This document shows positions 59,421 through 64,000 of a DNA stretch of 64,000 nucleotides, in pieces. The notes under the pieces were generated by a model that was given only the letters and a program-made list of their open reading frames with translations, was not told where the DNA came from and did not search any database. The stretch lies in NCBI GenBank assembly GCA_013239625.1, contig MU054823.1:152305-216304 (forward strand). The letters are read 5' to 3'. This DNA comes from Lama guanicoe. Lineage: Eukaryota. The position numbers were made by a program, and so were the translations under genes. Every line of letters starts with the position of its first letter. Within the stretch, counting starts at the first letter, position 1.

Positions 59421-62400
59421 CCCAGCGCCCGGCCCCGTTCCTCCCTGCTGTCTCTCTGGGCTTGGCTGCTGCAGGGATGCCCGGTGGGCTGAGCCCCGCG
59501 GAGCCGGGTGGGACTGGCCCCTCTGTGCCTGTGTCTTCCACTTAGCGACACGGCCTCCAGGCTCAGCCTGGTCGTGGCGTGTCCGGTGGTTCTGAAGGAG
59601 AGCGGGTATTCTGCCCAGGCCAGCCAGGGAAGGGTGGGAAAGCAGAGGGACACCACCATCCCCTCCCTGGGTGGAGGGTTGGACGGAGGAGGCACAGGGG
59701 AAGGGAAGGCGGCAGCCGTAACTACAGTCCAGCAGCAAATTGATGTCTCCAGGCGGCCGGCAGCCGAGAGGATTTTTAATGGTCCCTAAAGCCTTCGGCA
59801 GCTGGCAGCGCTGAGCTCAGCATGCCCCCGTGAGGCTGGGAGGGGCCCACCTCAGCACTCATCCCCCACCCCACTCCTCCTCCCCGAGGGCCACCAGAAC
59901 CAGCTGCCCAAGAACTCAGGGAGAGGCCAGTAGAGCCCTGTCCTGTGGGCCTTCAGACCCCAGTGCTGACCCCTGCCTGCCAGGCCGGAACTGCCCTGCT
60001 GGGGGGCAGGGACAGATCGGAAGCTCTCCTCATCCTATTTGTCAAGGGGCCCATTAGGTCCTGACAGCTGCTTCCCCATCTGCCCAGCGCAGGGCGGGCT
60101 GCGGCTCCCAAGCCCCCATCAATCATGGACCCTGGGATCTGCAGCCCCCTCCTCCTCGATCTGGGCTGGTGGACCCCAAGAGGACTGTTCATCTGGGAGG
60201 GACATCACGGAGGACTTGGGAGCATGTGGAGAGGAGGCAACTCCCTCAGGCCAGGAGGCACAGCAGCATGACCCCCCAGCACCACAGCCCAGCCCTGGCT
60301 GGCGGCCAGAGCCCACACCTGGGCCTTGAGGAGTCAGGGTCAGGCTGGCCGTTAACACCCCTCTCACGGCCTGCCCACCATAGGGGTCCTGAGGCTGACC
60401 CACTGGGTCTCTGGGCCTCTTTGGCCCATCACCTGGGCTAAAGGGTGCATAGGAGGCCAGCCAGACCTCAGGAGGCCTGGGTGCAGGTGATGGCCTGGCC
60501 GGGTCCAGCAGCTGCCCCTGGGTCAGGATTGCCTGGCAAGCTGGAGTTTATTTATATGATGAGGTTTATTTATTTATAGGACTCCCACTGGGCAGCGCCC
60601 AGCATGGACTGGGGACTCATGGCTGCTGGAGGAGCCTGAGCCCCCCAGATACTCAAGGCCCCACTGTGGAGGAACCCACTGCAAAGGTGGCCGATGTCCA
60701 GCACCTGCGCCGCCACAGGAAGCAGTCCCCAAGAACCCTCCCTGCTCCCGTTGTGTGGGGAAGCGGGGGCCACGCTGCTGAGGGTCACCTAGGGGTGTCA
60801 GGTCACAGCTGGGCTGGACCATGATTACAACAGCCCTCCAGGACCGAGTTCCTGCAGTGCTCATGCCCGGGGCCGGCTCCCAGACCCTGGGTGCCTGTCT
60901 GCTCATCGCCTTGGAGGCTGGTGGGGACGACTGGGCCCTGGGGCTGGGGGTGGCATGGGCCCCGCCAGGCTCAGCAGGCACAGAGCTTCCCTCCTGCTTC
61001 TCCTGTCCGCCCCTTCTCGCCAGGGCCTTCTGCTAAAGCACAGGGACAAGCACATTCTCCGCAGGTGATGAATACGTTTAGTGTAAGTCGTCCCCAGGTC
61101 AAGCGTGGGCACACTTCATCTCAGACTAAGCTGTTGACCTGAAATCTGAATGTGACTGGGCCTCTCGGGTTTTATGTGCTAAATCTGGCTGCCCTCCAAG
61201 CACTAGACAAGCAGCTGCTTGCGACCCCACCGAGGACAGAAGGAGACCCCACACCCTCCCTGCAGAGATGCCCCGCCTCCCCTCCCACAAGCCGGCCTGG
61301 TCAGACCTGTCCCTGTCCTGCCTTCTCCCCATATTTCAACCTCCAGCTTGCCCTGTGCCCTAACCCCTGCACCCAGATTAATTTGGGAAGGACAATGTTT
61401 ATATTAACCGTTCATTTATCGACGTCTGCCTGCTGGGTCAACGGCCAAATTTATTGTCTCACAAGATGGGCCTTATTGAGCCGTGTACGCCCAGCCCCCG
61501 CCCTCGCCCTCCAGCCCGGGGTGGGCAGACGCTGTCAAAACACAGACGGCTGACCTGGGGCCTGCTAGTCTTTGCTGGAGGCTGGGGTCTCCAGGGAGAG
61601 GCTGTGGGATCTGGGAGGGCAGTGGGGTTCACCCCCGCACCCCACCATCACCGCGGTCGCCTAAGAGGCCGCACCCTCCCTCACGGATTGAGAGGGCACT
61701 GCCCACAGGCCAGGGATTGGATTCAGGCAGGTAGGACCTGGAGAACATCAGCCCATAAGCCCACTAGGCACCTGCGCAGTGACGGGAGGCACGCAGCAGG
61801 CAGCCCCAGGCACCAGTGCAGAACAACATGTGGCAGTTGTGGGGGGAGCTTGGGGGGAGAGCCCCACCCCACATCACCTGGAGCAGAGGCGGGGCAGAGG
61901 AGCCAGGGGGCACAGAAGCCCTGAGAACTGGCTGCCCATCTTGGTGCCTGGCTGTATAGTCGGCCAGTGTAGACGCCTGTGTCAGCTCTGAGGCCCTGTG
62001 TTGTGCAGAGAGACTAGGGTGTGTGCGGGCCTCAGGGACATCTGCACCTCCAGGCTGGGCCCATAGTCGCCTGAAGGGGAGGACCAGGCCCCCTGGGGCC
62101 CTGAGGGCCGAGCTTTCCCGCAGCCCAGGTCCCAGAGGTCAAGTGGGCTCCTGTCCTTCCTCCCAAGGGGCTCACAGACAGGAGTGTTCTGGGCCAAGGG
62201 CCTGCCTGCGTCAGGGTCCTGAAGCAGGAGAGGGCAGCAAGCTGGGGGCCAGGCGCAGGCAGGTCCTGAAGAGGCAGAGACAAGCTGAGTCTGGAGGGAG
62301 GGGCGAAAAGGCAAGCTCTGGTGTCTTATGGAGGAAGGTCACGGGGTGTGAGGGGTCTGGCAGTTGGGGGTGGCATCCACGTGCTTCCAGGGCAGGGAGC

Positions 62401-62929
62401 TGGCCAGAGATGGGGCAGGGGTTTGGATGGGGAGCTGGCTCTGCTGGGGGTGCCCTCCCCTCACTGAGCCCCTCCCAGGTCCTCCCCTGGGCTTCCCCCT
62501 CAGTGCTGCCCCCATAGAGGTAAGCTGTGGACCTGGGGAGCCAAGGGGGCTGGTCAGTAGGCTCCTTTGTGGGCAGTAGGCGGCCCATGGGCTTGGGACA
62601 GTGTGGCAGTGGTTAAGATGCCACCCTTGAGTTAGAGCCTCCTGGGAACAGTGGTGAAGGAATGTCAGCTTGTCAGGGGAGCAGGGCCCAGAGGTAGGGA
62701 GAGACGGGGGAGGGGTGCATCCTGCCTCCCCCCCCATAAGGTCTTACCTGCCTCCAGCTTCCCCACCCGTGTCTTGGGGGCTGGGAGGATGGGTGGGTCC
62801 CCTGGGGGTAGGTGGACCCCTCAGGCCCTCCATCTCTTCCAACGGGTCTCGCCATCCCAGATCCCCCATCTTTTTCCTGTTTCCTTTGACAGATAAATAG
62901 ATAGACATAGATATAGATATAAAATTAAT

Positions 62930-63740
62930 AGATCTTTTTTGAGCATTTTTCTGTTTACAGAGAAATGAGCAGAAAGTACAGGTCCCATGTACCCACTCAA
63001 ATCCTTCCCAACATATTGCATTCATGTGATACCTTTGTTGTAACTGATGAGTCAATACTGATACATTATTATTAGTAGTATTAGCCTATAGTTGACCTTG
63101 GGTTTCTGATGTTGAACATTCTAGGAGTTTGACGAATGTATAATGACACGTATCCACAATCACAGGGTCACACAGGAGTTTCACTGCCCAAAAAAATCTC
63201 CTGCATCCACTCTATTCATCCCTGCCCACCACACACACCCCCGGCGACCACAGAGCCTTTTACTGTCTCCACAGTTTCCCCTTTTCCAAAACAGAGTCAT
63301 ACAGTCGGAATCGTACAGTAGGCAATCTTTTCAGACTGGCTGCTTTCACTTCAAGATGTGCATTTAAGGTTCTTCCACGTCTTCTCATGCCTGAGAGCCC
63401 CCTTGTTCTTAGTACGAGTTTCCATTGTCTGGATGAACCACAGCTTATCCACTGCCCGCTTAAGGGCATCGTGGTTACTTCCATGTGTTGGCAGTTATGA
63501 ATAAAGCTGCTGTAAACATGCATGTGCAGGCTGTGTGGGGATATACGTTTTCAGCTGCTTTGGGTAACAACAAGGAGCATGACTGCTGGCTCCTATGGTA
63601 AGAGCACGTTAATTTTTTAAGAAACCACCAAACTGCCTTCCAAACCATCAGCTGTACCGTTTTGCATTCCCTCCAGCAGTGAATGGGTGCCCCTGTTGCT
63701 CCACCTCCTCGCCAGCCCTCCCAGTTGTCAGTTTCTCCAT
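62930..63740 (-). mobile_element. LINE-1 3' end (L1MC-like)
   Basis: actgatgagtcaatactgatacattattat...tttcagactggctgctttcact...ttatgaataaagctgctgtaaacat...tttgcattccctccagcagtgaatg. Confidence 0.85.
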
Positions 63741-64000
63741 CCTTCCAAATAATCTGTGCCCGTGGATGTTTCTGGATTTTTTTCAGCTTTCGTCATCCTC
63801 GACTGCCTTCTTCCTCGGGATGGGGGGTCTCCGGCCCTGCACCTTGACTTGCTCTAGTCCCCATTAAGGCCAGCTATGGTTGGAGCCGTCTCTGGACAGT
63901 CATTCCTGTGGTCGTGTAGATCTGTCCATGGCTGACACTCCGTGTCCTACAGCCTACAGATTCCTGGAGCCAGTCCCCCTGCCACCTGAGGTTCAGGACT

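Overview
GC-rich mammalian genomic DNA, probably from a camelid judging by two Vic-1-like tRNA-derived SINEs. Gene order matches human 8q24.3 as I recall it: ZNF696 (+), TOP1MT (-), RHPN1 (+), then intergenic DNA toward MAFA with a 148-N gap. The last coding exon of ZNF696 (9 C2H2 fingers) and all 15 RHPN1 exons (660 aa) are intact. There are two main observations. (1) TOP1MT, the mitochondrial topoisomerase IB, is a dead unitary pseudogene. Its 13 core exons are in place but carry 4 premature stops, about 7 frameshifts, 4 broken splice acceptors, catalytic Arg->stop and catalytic Tyr->Cys. (2) Upstream of the presumed mitochondrial first exon is a chain of minus-strand exon-like segments (29.7-24.6 kb) below an NRF1-site CpG island. 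The chain encodes a bipartite NLS and a long charged region, and it ends in a phase-matched donor that splices onto TOP1MT exon 2 to give GRWRW|WEENRPGGMKW, matching nuclear TOP1 QKWKW|WEEERYPEGIKW. This suggests a fossil nuclear-type long isoform of TOP1MT. All comparisons with human or mouse proteins and exon sizes are from memory, not from a database search.
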